A stretch of 64,000 nucleotides of DNA from an uncultured bacterium. Lineage in GTDB: Bacteria > UBA8481. Made by a program: the position numbers and the translations under genes. Where the stretch lies: NCBI GenBank assembly GCA_964499705.1, contig CAZCME010000011.1, forward strand, positions 62,001 to 126,000. The letters are read 5' to 3'. The notes below the pieces were generated by a model. It had not been told where the DNA came from, searched no databases, and saw only the letters and a list, made by a program, of their open reading frames with translations. Below are positions 13,316 to 23,376 of this stretch, piece by piece (position 1 is the stretch's first letter; each line of letters starts with the position of its first letter).

Positions 13316-13954
13316 CTGCTGACGCTCACATATATCGCATTCGCCGCCCTGGGTTGTCTTTACATCCTCGGCTCGGCGCTCATGGGCCATCTCTTTGATT
13401 TCCACGACGCGGGAGGTCAGGGCGGGGGCCACGGAGATCATGGCGGCGGCGATCACGGAGCCTACGGTTTCAAGGGAGTCGGCTCCGGAAAAGTCACGCA
13501 TTCCGACACCACCCTTCCCACATTTCACTTCCCGCTCTTCTCGCCGCTGGCCTTGGCCACGTTCTTCGCCGCGATCGGCGGATACGGTCTCATGACAAGC
13601 CTCGGCTTCGCGATGAGTGACGGCTCGAGCGTCACGGCATCGGTCATAGCAGCGTTAATAACATCTTATGCCGTCACATATTTCGCCTGGAAGGTGATGC
13701 GGGGTTCCATCGGCACGAGCACGATCCGGCTGGAGGACCTCGTGGGACGGACCGGCGAAGTCCTGACGAGCATCCCCGCGGGCGGCGTGGGCGAGATCGC
13801 GGTGAGAACGGGGACCGAAAGATACCTGGGCCTGGCCCGCGAAGAAAGCGGCGGCGAGATCGCGCGCGGCGCCGGCGTCACCGTGAAAGAACTGTCCGGC
13901 ACCACGCTCATCGTGAGCGAAACGAAACATGAAAATCAACGAGGAGGGTCCTGA
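13316..13954 (+). CDS. NfeD-like (YuaF/YqiJ type) membrane protein
   Basis: His/Gly-rich loop, FSPLALATF, LVGRTGEVLTSIPAGGVGEI OB-fold; precedes flotillin; 5' end may be CTG 13316/13319 rather than ATG 13382. Confidence 0.8.
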   Translation: MLTLTYIAFAALGCLYILGSALMGHLFDFHDAGGQGGGHGDHGGGDHGAYGFKGVGSGKVTHSDTTLPTFHFPLFSPLALATFFAAIGGYGLMTSLGFAMSDGSSVTASVIAALITSYAVTYFAWKVMRGSIGTSTIRLEDLVGRTGEVLTSIPAGGVGEIAVRTGTERYLGLAREESGGEIARGAGVTVKELSGTTLIVSETKHENQRGGS

Positions 13955-13956
13955 AT

Positions 13957-15522
13957 ATGGCGGCAATCGCGGGTATGGGATGGGTTGTGATCGGCGGGGC
14001 GATTCTTGCCGTCGCTGTCGTCGGATACATGCTCGTGTACCTGGCCTTTCTGAAGAAGGCCGGGCCGAATGAAGTGATCGTCGTTTCCGGACGGGGACAG
14101 GTGAAGTTCATCACCGGCGGAGCCGACATGGTCATCCCGCTCTTCCACACGTGGAATTCACTGTCCCTCGAGGTCATGACACTCGATGTAACGACGCCGG
14201 AGGTGTACACGGCCCAGGGCGTTCCCATCGCCGTCGACGCCGTCGCGCAGATCAAGATCAAGAAGGACATCGACTCTCTCCATGCCGCCGCGGAACGCTT
14301 CCTCGGCAAGTCTCCCGCGGAGATCGCGAAGATCGCCCTGGAGACCGTCCAGGGCCATCTGCGAGCCATTCTCGGGACGATGACCGTGGAGAACATCTAC
14401 CAGAAGCGCGACGAGTTCGCGTCCAATGTCATGAACATCTCCGGCGAGGACCTGAAGAAGATGGGCCTCGGCATCGACTCCTTCCAGATCCGCGACATCC
14501 GCGATCAGCACGGTTATCTCGAAGCGCTCGGCAAACCCCAGATCGCCGAGGTGAAGAAGAAGGCCGCCGTTGCCGAAGCGAAGGCGAACATGGAAGCGCA
14601 GATCGCGCAGGCCGACTCCGCGCGCGAGACAAGGGAGCGCCAGGCGGAAGCGCAGAAGCTCGCGCAGGAAGCCGAGGCGAGGAGCTCGGCCTCGATCGCG
14701 GAAGCGTCCGCCGACAAGGATCGGCGCCAGAAGGAAGCCGAAGCCATGTCGCGCCGCAAGGCGGAGATCGCGAACTTCCAGGCGATGCAGGCGATCGCCG
14801 AGGAGCAGCGCCAGGCGAACCTGAAGAAGGCCGAAGCGGACATGGCGTACGAGCTGCAGAAGAAGACGCAGGAGATCCAGGTCCAGGTGCAGGAGATCAA
14901 GAGAAAAGAGCTCGAGCTCGACGCGACCGTGAAGCGAACCGCCGACGCGAAGCGGTACGAGATCGAGACGCTTGCCGAAGCCGAGAGAAAGAAAGTCGAG
15001 ATCGAAGCCGCTGCCGAACGGAACAGGCTGACCACCGTCGCTGAAGGCGAGAAGGCCCGCGGATTCGCCGCGGCGGAAGTGACGCAGGCGCAGGGCCAGG
15101 CCCAGGCCGAGGCCGACAAGGCCAAGGGTCTCGCGGAGGCCCAGATTCGCCAGGCGCAGGGCATGGCGGAAGGCGAGGCGCGAAAGGCGCAGGGTCTTGC
15201 CGAAGCGCTGGCGATGGAGAAGAAAGCGGAGGCCTGGCAGAAATACGGCGAGGCCGCCATCCTCCAGATTCTCGCTCCGATCATGCCGGAGATCGCCAGA
15301 GCGATCGCCGAACCTCTCTCCCGGATCGACAAGATCACGATGGTCAACACCGGCGGAAGCGACGTCGGACCTTCCCGCATCACGAGCGAAGTCGCGAAGA
15401 TGATCGCGCAGGTGCCCCCCGTCATCGAGTCGCTGACCGGCTTGAAGGTCGGCGAGATGCTTCAGAAATATCAGCCGCCGGTCACGCAGGAAACCAAGGC
15501 GGAACCGGGCGCGAAGGCGTAG
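13957..15522 (+). CDS. flotillin (SPFH) family protein
   Basis: AGPNEVIVVSG, AAERFLGK, GHLRAILGTMTVE, GYLEALGK, AEA-rich coiled coil. Confidence 0.95.
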   Translation: MAAIAGMGWVVIGGAILAVAVVGYMLVYLAFLKKAGPNEVIVVSGRGQVKFITGGADMVIPLFHTWNSLSLEVMTLDVTTPEVYTAQGVPIAVDAVAQIKIKKDIDSLHAAAERFLGKSPAEIAKIALETVQGHLRAILGTMTVENIYQKRDEFASNVMNISGEDLKKMGLGIDSFQIRDIRDQHGYLEALGKPQIAEVKKKAAVAEAKANMEAQIAQADSARETRERQAEAQKLAQEAEARSSASIAEASADKDRRQKEAEAMSRRKAEIANFQAMQAIAEEQRQANLKKAEADMAYELQKKTQEIQVQVQEIKRKELELDATVKRTADAKRYEIETLAEAERKKVEIEAAAERNRLTTVAEGEKARGFAAAEVTQAQGQAQAEADKAKGLAEAQIRQAQGMAEGEARKAQGLAEALAMEKKAEAWQKYGEAAILQILAPIMPEIARAIAEPLSRIDKITMVNTGGSDVGPSRITSEVAKMIAQVPPVIESLTGLKVGEMLQKYQPPVTQETKAEPGAKA

Positions 15523-15553
15523 CGCGGGATTCTCCGAAGCGGAACGCAGCACT

Positions 15554-16336
15554 ATGGCGATTCTGGAATCCGATTCTGGATCCATCGAGATCGCGGACGA
15601 TGTGCACGCGCTCATCGTCCAGCTCGCGGCCGACGTCGCCCGCAAGCGCGTCATGACGATGGAACCGGTCGCATTGGGACCGTTCACCGTCGACATCGGC
15701 GGGCCGGGTGTCGCCTACGGAACGATCCGCCTGAAGTCGGGTGACCAGGTCGTGACGACCCTCAACGAGACGCGAGCATTGGCACTGTGCGAGAAATCCG
15801 CGCCGCAGGTGAAGGTGGCGGCTCCCACGCCCACGCCAAGGACGCCTCCCTTCGACGTATCCTCTCCACAGGCCATGACGACATCACCTTCGGAGCTGGC
15901 CCACGATGCCGGTTCTCCACCACCGACGATCTTTGAAACGGAGCCTCCCCCGCTACCGTCGATGGGAGAAGAGAGGGAGTTGAAACTGTCGCAGGAAGTC
16001 GGCTCCCGCCTCGCCTCTCTCATCCTTCACGCCGCCGACGGCAAGGGAAGAATCGTAAGCGACAAGGAAATCCGGATGTTCCGGAATTGGCTCGACCGCT
16101 TCATCGAGGAAGGCTCCGGCCCGGAAGTCGTCGGCGCCGTCGAGAAGATACTGCAGGCTCCCGAAACTCCGCCGGTGCTGAAGGCCCGGCTCATCCAGAT
16201 GATGGTCAAGTCCACGCTGCCGGGAATCCAGGAAGTGCTCGCGGCCGCTCTGCACGAACGTCAGCTTCGCCTGCTTCTGACGGACCCCCGCATCCGCGCC
16301 GGGCTCAAGTCCTTCCTGGATGTGCTTGAGGAGTAG
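15554..16336 (+). CDS. hypothetical protein with Pro-rich linker
   Basis: 260-aa ORF co-oriented after flotillin, host-like codon use. Confidence 0.65.
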   Translation: MAILESDSGSIEIADDVHALIVQLAADVARKRVMTMEPVALGPFTVDIGGPGVAYGTIRLKSGDQVVTTLNETRALALCEKSAPQVKVAAPTPTPRTPPFDVSSPQAMTTSPSELAHDAGSPPPTIFETEPPPLPSMGEERELKLSQEVGSRLASLILHAADGKGRIVSDKEIRMFRNWLDRFIEEGSGPEVVGAVEKILQAPETPPVLKARLIQMMVKSTLPGIQEVLAAALHERQLRLLLTDPRIRAGLKSFLDVLEE

Positions 16337-16449
16337 AGGAAAGAGCTGAGCAAGGCTGGCGGGATGACGCCGCCTCTCCGCGGCGGCTAGAATCCCCAGG
16401 GTTGCGCCACATCCTGTGGCGCGTCAATTTTCAGCCCTCCAAAAATTCG

Positions 16450-16523
16450 TCGGGCTGGCGGGATTTGAACCCACGACCCCCTGCGCCCAAGGCAGGTGCG
16501 CTACCGGTCTGCGCTACAGCCCG
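16450..16523 (-). tRNA. tRNA-Pro(TGG)
   Basis: cgggctgtagcgcagaccggtagcgcacctgccttgggcgcagggggtcgtgggttcaaatcccgccagcccga; CCA not encoded. Confidence 0.95.
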
Positions 16524-16548
16524 TCTGTTCTGAAACTATCCTATCACG

Positions 16549-17661
16549 CTACGCCAATTTCAGAAGCGCTTCAATTCCTCGGTCGAGCATCTCGTCCGAG
16601 GCCGCGTAGCTCAGCCGGAAATGCGTGTCCTTCTCCGAAAAGACATTTCCCGGAATCAGCAGTAGTTTCTTCTCCGTGATGGCCCGCGTGCAGAACTCCG
16701 TTGCGTTTCCGCCCGGAGCTTCCGGGAAGAGGTAGAATGCGCCGCCCGTCGGAGCGATCCTGTATTTCGGCGAGAGCGCGGCGATCATCCGGTCGCGCTT
16801 CTTCCTGTACTCCAGCCGGTGCGGCTCGGGCGATTCCTCAAGCGCCACAAGCCCGGCCTCCTGCGCCATCGACGGAGCGCAGACGAAGGTGTACTGCTGG
16901 AGCGTGATCATCGCCTTGACGATCTCGGATGGACCGAGCGCATATCCGAGCCTCCATCCCGTCATGCCGTGCGATTTCGAAAATCCTCCCAGCGTCAGGA
17001 CATTCTCGTACAGGCTTCCGGGAGAAAACGGCGCCTCGTCATATACGAACGCATCGTAGATCTCGTCGGAGATGAGGAGGATGTTCCGAGCCCGCGCCAG
17101 GGAAATGAGATCCTTCCATTCGTCCGCGGACATCACGACGCCTGTCGGGTTCGACGGCGAACCGACGATAATGGCCTGCGTCTTCGGCGTGAGTCGCGCT
17201 TCCACGCGCGCCGCCGTCAGCTTGAAGTCCGGATACGTGTCCACGATGACGGGCGTGGCATCGAAGACGCGAAGGAGATGCTTGTACATCACGAAGTAAG
17301 GATCCGGAATGATGACTTCGTCCCCGCGACCGAAGAGCGCCAGGAACGCCAGCACAAGGCCGCCCGAAACGCCGGACGTGACGATCGTCTGGTCGATGCC
17401 GCAGGAGATGCCCTTTTCCCTCGCTGCATAGCCTACCAGCGCTTCCCGCAGGGGCGAAACACCTTGCGTCAGGGTGTAGCGATTCTTCCCCGCGCGGATC
17501 GCCTCCGACGCCGCGGCCTTTATGGAGTCGGACACGTCGAAATCGGGCTGGCCGATCGAGAGGTTGATTGGATTCTCCAGTTTTGCGGCCAGGTCGAAGA
17601 CCTTCCGGATGCCGGAAGAGTCGATGAGATTCATGCGGGAAGAGAGCATGACGCGGATCAT
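16549..17661 (-). CDS. PLP-dependent aminotransferase class I/II
   Basis: LSIGQPDF, SPSNPTG, SDEIYD, GFSKSHGMTGWRLGY. Confidence 0.93.
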   Translation of the reverse strand: MIRVMLSSRMNLIDSSGIRKVFDLAAKLENPINLSIGQPDFDVSDSIKAAASEAIRAGKNRYTLTQGVSPLREALVGYAAREKGISCGIDQTIVTSGVSGGLVLAFLALFGRGDEVIIPDPYFVMYKHLLRVFDATPVIVDTYPDFKLTAARVEARLTPKTQAIIVGSPSNPTGVVMSADEWKDLISLARARNILLISDEIYDAFVYDEAPFSPGSLYENVLTLGGFSKSHGMTGWRLGYALGPSEIVKAMITLQQYTFVCAPSMAQEAGLVALEESPEPHRLEYRKKRDRMIAALSPKYRIAPTGGAFYLFPEAPGGNATEFCTRAITEKKLLLIPGNVFSEKDTHFRLSYAASDEMLDRGIEALLKLA

Positions 17662-17696
17662 AATGTGAAATGCACATTGAACAATGAAAAATGAGA
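17662..17696. repeat. five degenerate heptamer tandem repeats
   Basis: aatgtga aatgcac attgaac aatgaaa aatgaga. Confidence 0.55.
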
Positions 17697-17717
17697 AACT
17701 ATGCTATCTGCTTCCCC

Positions 17718-17790
17718 GGCGGCGTAGCTCAGCGGTTAGAGCGGCGGTCTCATAAGCCGTAGGTCGGCGGTTCAAATCCGCCCGCCGCCA
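17718..17790 (+). tRNA. tRNA with CAT anticodon (elongator Met; Ile2 not excluded)
   Basis: ggcggcgtagctcagcggttagagcggcggtctcataagccgtaggtcggcggttcaaatccgcccgccgcca; G1:C72 paired so not fMet; CCA not encoded. Confidence 0.93.
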
Positions 17791-17886
17791 TGTTAGTGCA
17801 GTTTTCTCAAGGGGCGGTTTTTGTGCCACAGAAGCCCAAAATGCCCGGAAAGTGACTGCCCGTGTACCCGGCGTGTACAGGGAATC

Positions 17887-18222
17887 TCATCCGCGCGCGG
17901 TTTTTGATCGGATATTCTGGATGATCTTGGTGATTTTTTCCGGTGTCAATTTCGTGCGTTCGATGACGTCGCGTTGCTCCTGAATCACCGCGCGAGAATT
18001 CGCGCGCAGGGCATCGGTGATCTCGGCAACGTCGAAGAGCCAGGCGGTTCTGCCATCTCCCCTGATCGCGTATGCGGGGATTCTTCCCTGCATGGCCCAT
18101 CGAACGAGCGCGGTCTGATGAACACCGAGAGCTTGCGCGGCTGATGGGGCGGGTTGAAGACGACGATCGGAATTCGGCGCGGGCGGTGGGTCGGTGGGAA
18201 CTTTTTTTACTGCGTTATCCAC
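17887..18222 (-). CDS. excisionase/MerR-like HTH DNA-binding protein
   Basis: SAAQALGVHQTALVRWAMQGRIPAYAIRGDGRTAWLFDVAEI; start uncertain. Confidence 0.7.
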   Translation of the reverse strand: MDNAVKKVPTDPPPAPNSDRRLQPAPSAAQALGVHQTALVRWAMQGRIPAYAIRGDGRTAWLFDVAEITDALRANSRAVIQEQRDVIERTKLTPEKITKIIQNIRSKTARG

Positions 18223-18593
18223 AAGGCTGACTTGTGACAGCGCGAGTTCATTTTGTGCGTACGTGGCGGAATGCGGTGACGACCTTTTTCCGGGGCGGAG
18301 AGCAGTGAGCGAAGAAGGTGTCGTAGCGCTCATTCTCGAAGACCCAGAATACGTGACGCCTGGGAATCTTCCGGCGGCAGATGTGTGGATCGTCCTGCCA
18401 GATTTCCCACGTCGTGGACGTGTTCGCGAATGTCTGGTCGTCGGCGATCTCGAAGAATCCTGTTCGCGTCGCGACCGCCGTAACTGTTGGAGCGAAGACC
18501 CTGTGTCGGGCAATGGTGGTTTTCATACGCACGACTATCCGACGCGGTGTGCACGGCCAAAAGGCAAAAGCTTGTGGCGTATTTATCGCCGAA

Positions 18594-19001
18594 TTACGCG
18601 GCCATCCTTGGCGAGTCGAAAGCGCGGGGCCCAGAACTGAAGACGCTGACTCGACATCGCCTCGACGCTGGCGGCTTTTTTACCGCGCTCCAGGACAGCC
18701 CAGCCGCTCGCGCCGTGAGGACTCGCGCAGTCAATTCGATCGGCTCTTGGACGTAGGAAACCATCCACGCCGGCGTGATGATGACGACCGAGTCACACCT
18801 CTTGCACCTCCAGCGATATCGACCGATCCGATACGGCCCGATCCAGCGCTCTTGGAAGCCGTGACCGCGGAGCGTATGCATTGAGTTGCATGTGGGGCAA
18901 ATCGATGGTCGGGGGTACTTGAGCGTCCGCCACTCGTCGGCGTTCTCGTCAGGTGGCGGAGCATCCTTCCAAATCCAACCCTGCGACGACTTCCTGCTCA
19001 C
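18594..19001 (-). CDS. DUF6431-like zinc-ribbon protein
   Basis: CPTC...LRGHGFQER...RYRWRCKRC...ITPAWMVSY. Confidence 0.5.
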   Translation of the reverse strand: MSRKSSQGWIWKDAPPPDENADEWRTLKYPRPSICPTCNSMHTLRGHGFQERWIGPYRIGRYRWRCKRCDSVVIITPAWMVSYVQEPIELTARVLTARAAGLSWSAVKKPPASRRCRVSVFSSGPRAFDSPRMAA

Positions 19002-19357
19002 GGCGATCTTTCGGAACTTTCATCTGAGTAGATCGAAATCTGACCAGAGCGTCATATATTCCCCATCGGCGAGCCTTGGGGGATCCTTGAATGTCATTGC
19101 CAAGGTGCTGTACGGAGATCAGAGTTGACGGAGATCAGAGTTGGCTGAATCTCTGTGCCGTAAAGGCAGATCCCCATGGGGGGGCATCTCGGTCAAGGGG
19201 CAATAACGCTCCATGCTACGTTCAGTTCCCTATGCGGAAGGCGTCGCCTGCGGAGATGATCGCTGCGAATCGCAAACCTCTGCCGAAATCCTCTGGTTTT
19301 CCGGATGATTTCAATGGGCCCATGGTGTCCGCCGCGCGCAACTCCTGATATACCGCA

Positions 19358-19372
19358 TGGCACTGCCTTTGC
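19358..19372 (+). promoter_or_regulatory. sigma54 (-24/-12) promoter
   Basis: TGGCACT-GCCT-TTGC, ~70 bp before ATG 19445. Confidence 0.75.
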
Positions 19373-19444
19373 TCTCTTCACGCTTGTGTTTGCCTGCGCC
19401 GCATTCTACTCGTGGACTTTCAGCCTGACGGCTGAGATCACGCA

Positions 19445-20266
19445 ATGACCGACAGTCCCGGGTCAAAAGATACCGCCGAAGACCGCGTGGAGTTCGTTAT
19501 CATGAAAACAAGAGAATTTCTCGCGCCCTACATGGATGTCGAGAATTTTTCTTGTGAGCTGGCGGCATTTGAGACTCGCTTCAGGCGGCGCACCGCGAAA
19601 GCCAGAGTTGACGATAGCAAGAGGTTGATCGAATCGCAAACCGTTCTTCTGGCGTATGCGGCATGCGCCGCGGCGGAGATTAGACTTCGTGCGGCTCACA
19701 GAGTAGTCAAGCAGGCGCGGGAGGATGAGGAACTCGCTGACGCATTTCATACTCTTGCAGTAAAGCGAGTGATTCAGGAGATTCAGCGAGGAGGCGACCC
19801 CGCCTCTCTCGCGGAATGGAGGCTCGATTTTGGCAGTTGTGTTCTGCTTCCGATCCGCGAAAGAAGTCATTGGCAACGAAAGACCGCCGAGTTCGTCGTC
19901 GAAATGCTGGATATGTCGCCCGACGAACTGGGGATAATCGCGTCCGCGGTTGAAACCCCGGACAAAGCGCCCGCGAACATCCAGCAAATTGAAGACGAGC
20001 TTAATTCGGGCATGATCGCCTTCTTTGCGGATCTCGCGGAATGGCTGATCGCGGCGCAGGATCAGGATCGCCAGACACTGAAGCGCGTCCTTTCCGACAG
20101 TGGGTTCGCAAAGACTGTTTCTGCCGCCGCGGCAGGGCCGAAACCTCTTAATTTTATCGCGGGGCTGATTGTCGAGATCGGCGCAGTGGCGATAGACGCG
20201 CCCGCCGCTCTCGGAAAGGATGACGATAGACAGCAGCAACTCGTCGTGGCGCGCTATGTTCATTGA
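19445..20266 (+). CDS. hypothetical alpha-helical protein
   Basis: 273-aa ORF, first gene of co-oriented cluster. Confidence 0.6.
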   Translation: MTDSPGSKDTAEDRVEFVIMKTREFLAPYMDVENFSCELAAFETRFRRRTAKARVDDSKRLIESQTVLLAYAACAAAEIRLRAAHRVVKQAREDEELADAFHTLAVKRVIQEIQRGGDPASLAEWRLDFGSCVLLPIRERSHWQRKTAEFVVEMLDMSPDELGIIASAVETPDKAPANIQQIEDELNSGMIAFFADLAEWLIAAQDQDRQTLKRVLSDSGFAKTVSAAAAGPKPLNFIAGLIVEIGAVAIDAPAALGKDDDRQQQLVVARYVH

Positions 20267-20474
20267 TTCGCAGAATCCCGATTGTGATGATGGCCAAAGG
20301 TAAGCGGCTTTGTTCACGCAACTCGCGGCCGCTACGCTCGGCACTCTCCAGCGCCGCCGCCTCCGTTCTACGTTGCGGTGAAGGCCTGAATGATTATCCA
20401 ACACTTCATGTGGTCAGGCGACGCGGAATGACCGACGGGATCGACGTAACCGTCATCCAGAAGGCGGCTCTCGC

Positions 20475-22004
20475 GTGAACGACCGTCACAGCCGGATCAC
20501 GATCGTGACCGGGCAGTGCAATGGCATCCGCGATCAAGACAAGCTGTACACATCATTGGATCTGGTGACCGGATACTTAGCCCGTACGATTCTCGCGTGG
20601 CCCCCCTCAAACCTTCGGTGCGTGCTCGGAGCCATTTTTGCCCGGGTGCCAATATTTTTAATCGGAGGCGCAGGCGTTGGAAAGACGCTTTTGATGAAAA
20701 CGATTGCAGCGCTGGCTGGCGAGGGAACGGCGTATCACTACGATTTATCTACCTGCGACATTTTCCATTTAGTGGGTCTCCCTGACGTGAGCAGTTACCG
20801 CGCGGATGGTAACCAGGACCTCGCTTTTCGCACGCACTCGCGGAGCCTTCTAAGGAATCCCGGCTATATATTGTGGGACGAAATATCTCGTTCCACTTGC
20901 GAAAACCAGGCCCTCCTCATGGAAGCGATCGAATCATCATCCGTGCTCGGATTCAAAATCACCAGCCGTCACATTCTAGCCTCGAATCCGACCGGCAACG
21001 GCTTCAAGAGCGTTCATGGCGTAGATGCGGCCTTGGCGGACAGGGCACTCGTCACGTTGAACGTCGACCAAGGAGCGTGGGTCTCAAATCCGGAGCGAGC
21101 GGGCAGATACGTCGTGCAGGCGCTCGACGGACTGGAATTCGGATCAGCCCCGACTGATGAGGAGAGGGCGGCCTTTGCCTTTCTCTCAAACGCAGTCCCA
21201 ACTGCGGCCTCCTCACTCCTGCAGAGCTTCCTCCGCGACGACGATCGACGAGCGGGTCTTGCGACGTTTACCAAGGAACTGGCGATGCATGCTTCGTCGC
21301 TGGGAAAGGTGATCTCAAACCGGGTCCTCGTACGAACAGCACGTTTCCTGCCCTATCTCATCCTTCTGAACAAGGGAGACACGGAGTCTGCTGTCCGTGA
21401 TTGCGTCACAGCTTGCTTCCAGCACCGGTGCGAATTGCAGGAAGAGGCTGTCTCGCTCTGCGCGCGACATGCCTATGAGGGCTTGATGATGCCGGATAAT
21501 CCGGAGCGCGAGCTGATCTCCTGTCTTGCTCGCGACGGCATCGAGATCTCTCTAAAAATCGAGGCCATGCGGGAAGCGCCGGCCAATCTCGATCCAAGCG
21601 CGTGTCTGTCAACACACATCAAGGGCCTCCTCCCCGCGCTCGACTCGAATGCGGCGCACCTGGAATCTGCGCTTGGCGTGCTACAGGTGTGGAATGCACG
21701 GAATCCTCGCTGGGGTGAGACGTTTCAGATATTCAGAGACGCTCTCGTTTCCCGACGAGCGCGATTGCTTGCGGAGGAAGCGAATGCCGCATTGCCCTCT
21801 GAGCGAGACGAAACCGATCTGGATGTCCCATCCTTTCTACGCTGGAATCGACATCAGGCTGGCAACGTCGGCGTCCCGGTATTTGGTGACAGGGTGAACC
21901 GCGTTCCTGGCGCGGGCATCTGGGCGGATCTCGAGGCGCGCCATGCGAAAGTGCTCCAGAGCATTCCGGAAACGGAGGATGTCAATGACGACGTGCCCTT
22001 CTGA
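20475..22004 (+). CDS. MoxR-like AAA+ ATPase
   Basis: Walker A GGAGVGKT, LVGLP, Walker B ILWDEISR, ENQALLMEAI, sensor-1 ASNP, Arg finger DAALADR. Confidence 0.8.
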   Translation: MNDRHSRITIVTGQCNGIRDQDKLYTSLDLVTGYLARTILAWPPSNLRCVLGAIFARVPIFLIGGAGVGKTLLMKTIAALAGEGTAYHYDLSTCDIFHLVGLPDVSSYRADGNQDLAFRTHSRSLLRNPGYILWDEISRSTCENQALLMEAIESSSVLGFKITSRHILASNPTGNGFKSVHGVDAALADRALVTLNVDQGAWVSNPERAGRYVVQALDGLEFGSAPTDEERAAFAFLSNAVPTAASSLLQSFLRDDDRRAGLATFTKELAMHASSLGKVISNRVLVRTARFLPYLILLNKGDTESAVRDCVTACFQHRCELQEEAVSLCARHAYEGLMMPDNPERELISCLARDGIEISLKIEAMREAPANLDPSACLSTHIKGLLPALDSNAAHLESALGVLQVWNARNPRWGETFQIFRDALVSRRARLLAEEANAALPSERDETDLDVPSFLRWNRHQAGNVGVPVFGDRVNRVPGAGIWADLEARHAKVLQSIPETEDVNDDVPF

Positions 22005-23376
22005 AGCCCGCTCAGCGACCGAGCGCGAGTGCATTGCGTTCGGCATCCGATTGGCTGCCGCATTTCGGGAGCGGGAAAAAACGCTTCGCGATGTGCTGGA
22101 TGCAGAGAAGACGGTTCGACGGGAATCAGGGCGGAATTTCTGTCGCCTGCCCGCCACGCTTGGCCCTGAGCTGACGAATCCCGAGGACAAGGCAACGCTC
22201 CTGCAATTTCTGAGCGAGAGCCTGGTAAAGGACATCGAGGAATCCGGACTGATTGAACGCGGCCGACCGAAGTCCTCTCGCGGCTTTCTCTTCAATGCAT
22301 GGCTTGGGGACAATGAGGAGTTCTGGCTGACTGCGTTGGGTGGATCTGCCGAGGCCATCGCGATTGGTGTATCGACGATGCTCGCCGCAGTGGATCTTCA
22401 GGATACGGAAGAAAATGCACTGATCGGACCTTTTCAGCGGTTCGTCACGAGCACTCGCCTCGGTTTCTCCGTACTTCGCGTCTGGATCCGGGAAAGTAAT
22501 GTGGATGTGGTCCATGACCGGATTGGAGCGGCCTTCTATAACGGAAAGATCCAGCAACCTGTATCTCGTCAACGGAATGGAATACTACTTCGAGAACTGC
22601 GTGAGCGGCTCAAGGCGAATCGCCTCAAAAGCCGCAGGCGCTCTGTCGGACTGATCAATCTATTGATCGGCCTGACGGTTCGGAGCGGCTCGATCGCAGA
22701 ATACAGGCGATCCGAAGCAGATCTCTGGCGCGGGGACGGACGAGGAGTAGATTTATTTTCACCGGAAAGAAATATGATGAGGGTGCTCTACGGTGCCACC
22801 GCGGTCAGTTTCCGCCCGGAGGATCAGAAGGCTGATGATCCAGTTCGGGCCATACGCAGAAAACTTGTGTCGAAGGAGTTGACACCGGAGAGCGCGCTCT
22901 CTGAACTCCTGTTCGCGAAGATCGGCGCAAAAGACACACTGGAGCTTGCCTCGCTCATTGCCATGCTCGATGGCTCGAATCAATGTTGCTCGATTCTCGA
23001 TGGTTTCCGGCAAATCGTGGTGGACTCCTCGCGCAGTGGGAAAAAGCTGAACGCCTTTCTCGTCAAGAATGTGATCCAGGGAATCATGAATGCGCTGGAA
23101 AAGATTCTCGAACCGCAGCCGAACCTCGCACCGAACGAGTATTTTCTGATACCTCAGTCTCCGGGAGCGTGGCTGCTTGTGCCGGGAGCGGTTCCCGCCC
23201 TTCTCAGCTCTTCCGCGCTCTTTCGCATTGTCGAAAGCCGGGACGTCGGCACCGCTCCATTTCATCTGCTGCGCGGCAGCGATAACGGCCAGCCATTTCT
23301 CGATGGATGCATGCCACCCTATTTCAGGAAGCTGGGATTTATTCTGCCGGACGGAATCGACAGGATCGCCGGATGA
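21985..23376 (+). CDS. hypothetical protein between MoxR and vWA genes
   Basis: RBS ggagg; overlaps both neighbours. Confidence 0.6.
   Translation: MTTCPSEARSATERECIAFGIRLAAAFREREKTLRDVLDAEKTVRRESGRNFCRLPATLGPELTNPEDKATLLQFLSESLVKDIEESGLIERGRPKSSRGFLFNAWLGDNEEFWLTALGGSAEAIAIGVSTMLAAVDLQDTEENALIGPFQRFVTSTRLGFSVLRVWIRESNVDVVHDRIGAAFYNGKIQQPVSRQRNGILLRELRERLKANRLKSRRRSVGLINLLIGLTVRSGSIAEYRRSEADLWRGDGRGVDLFSPERNMMRVLYGATAVSFRPEDQKADDPVRAIRRKLVSKELTPESALSELLFAKIGAKDTLELASLIAMLDGSNQCCSILDGFRQIVVDSSRSGKKLNAFLVKNVIQGIMNALEKILEPQPNLAPNEYFLIPQSPGAWLLVPGAVPALLSSSALFRIVESRDVGTAPFHLLRGSDNGQPFLDGCMPPYFRKLGFILPDGIDRIAG

Noticed and set aside
18248-18532. 94-aa minus-strand ORF between zinc ribbon and HTH
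   Set aside because: No motif and competing overlapping frames; cannot support as a gene
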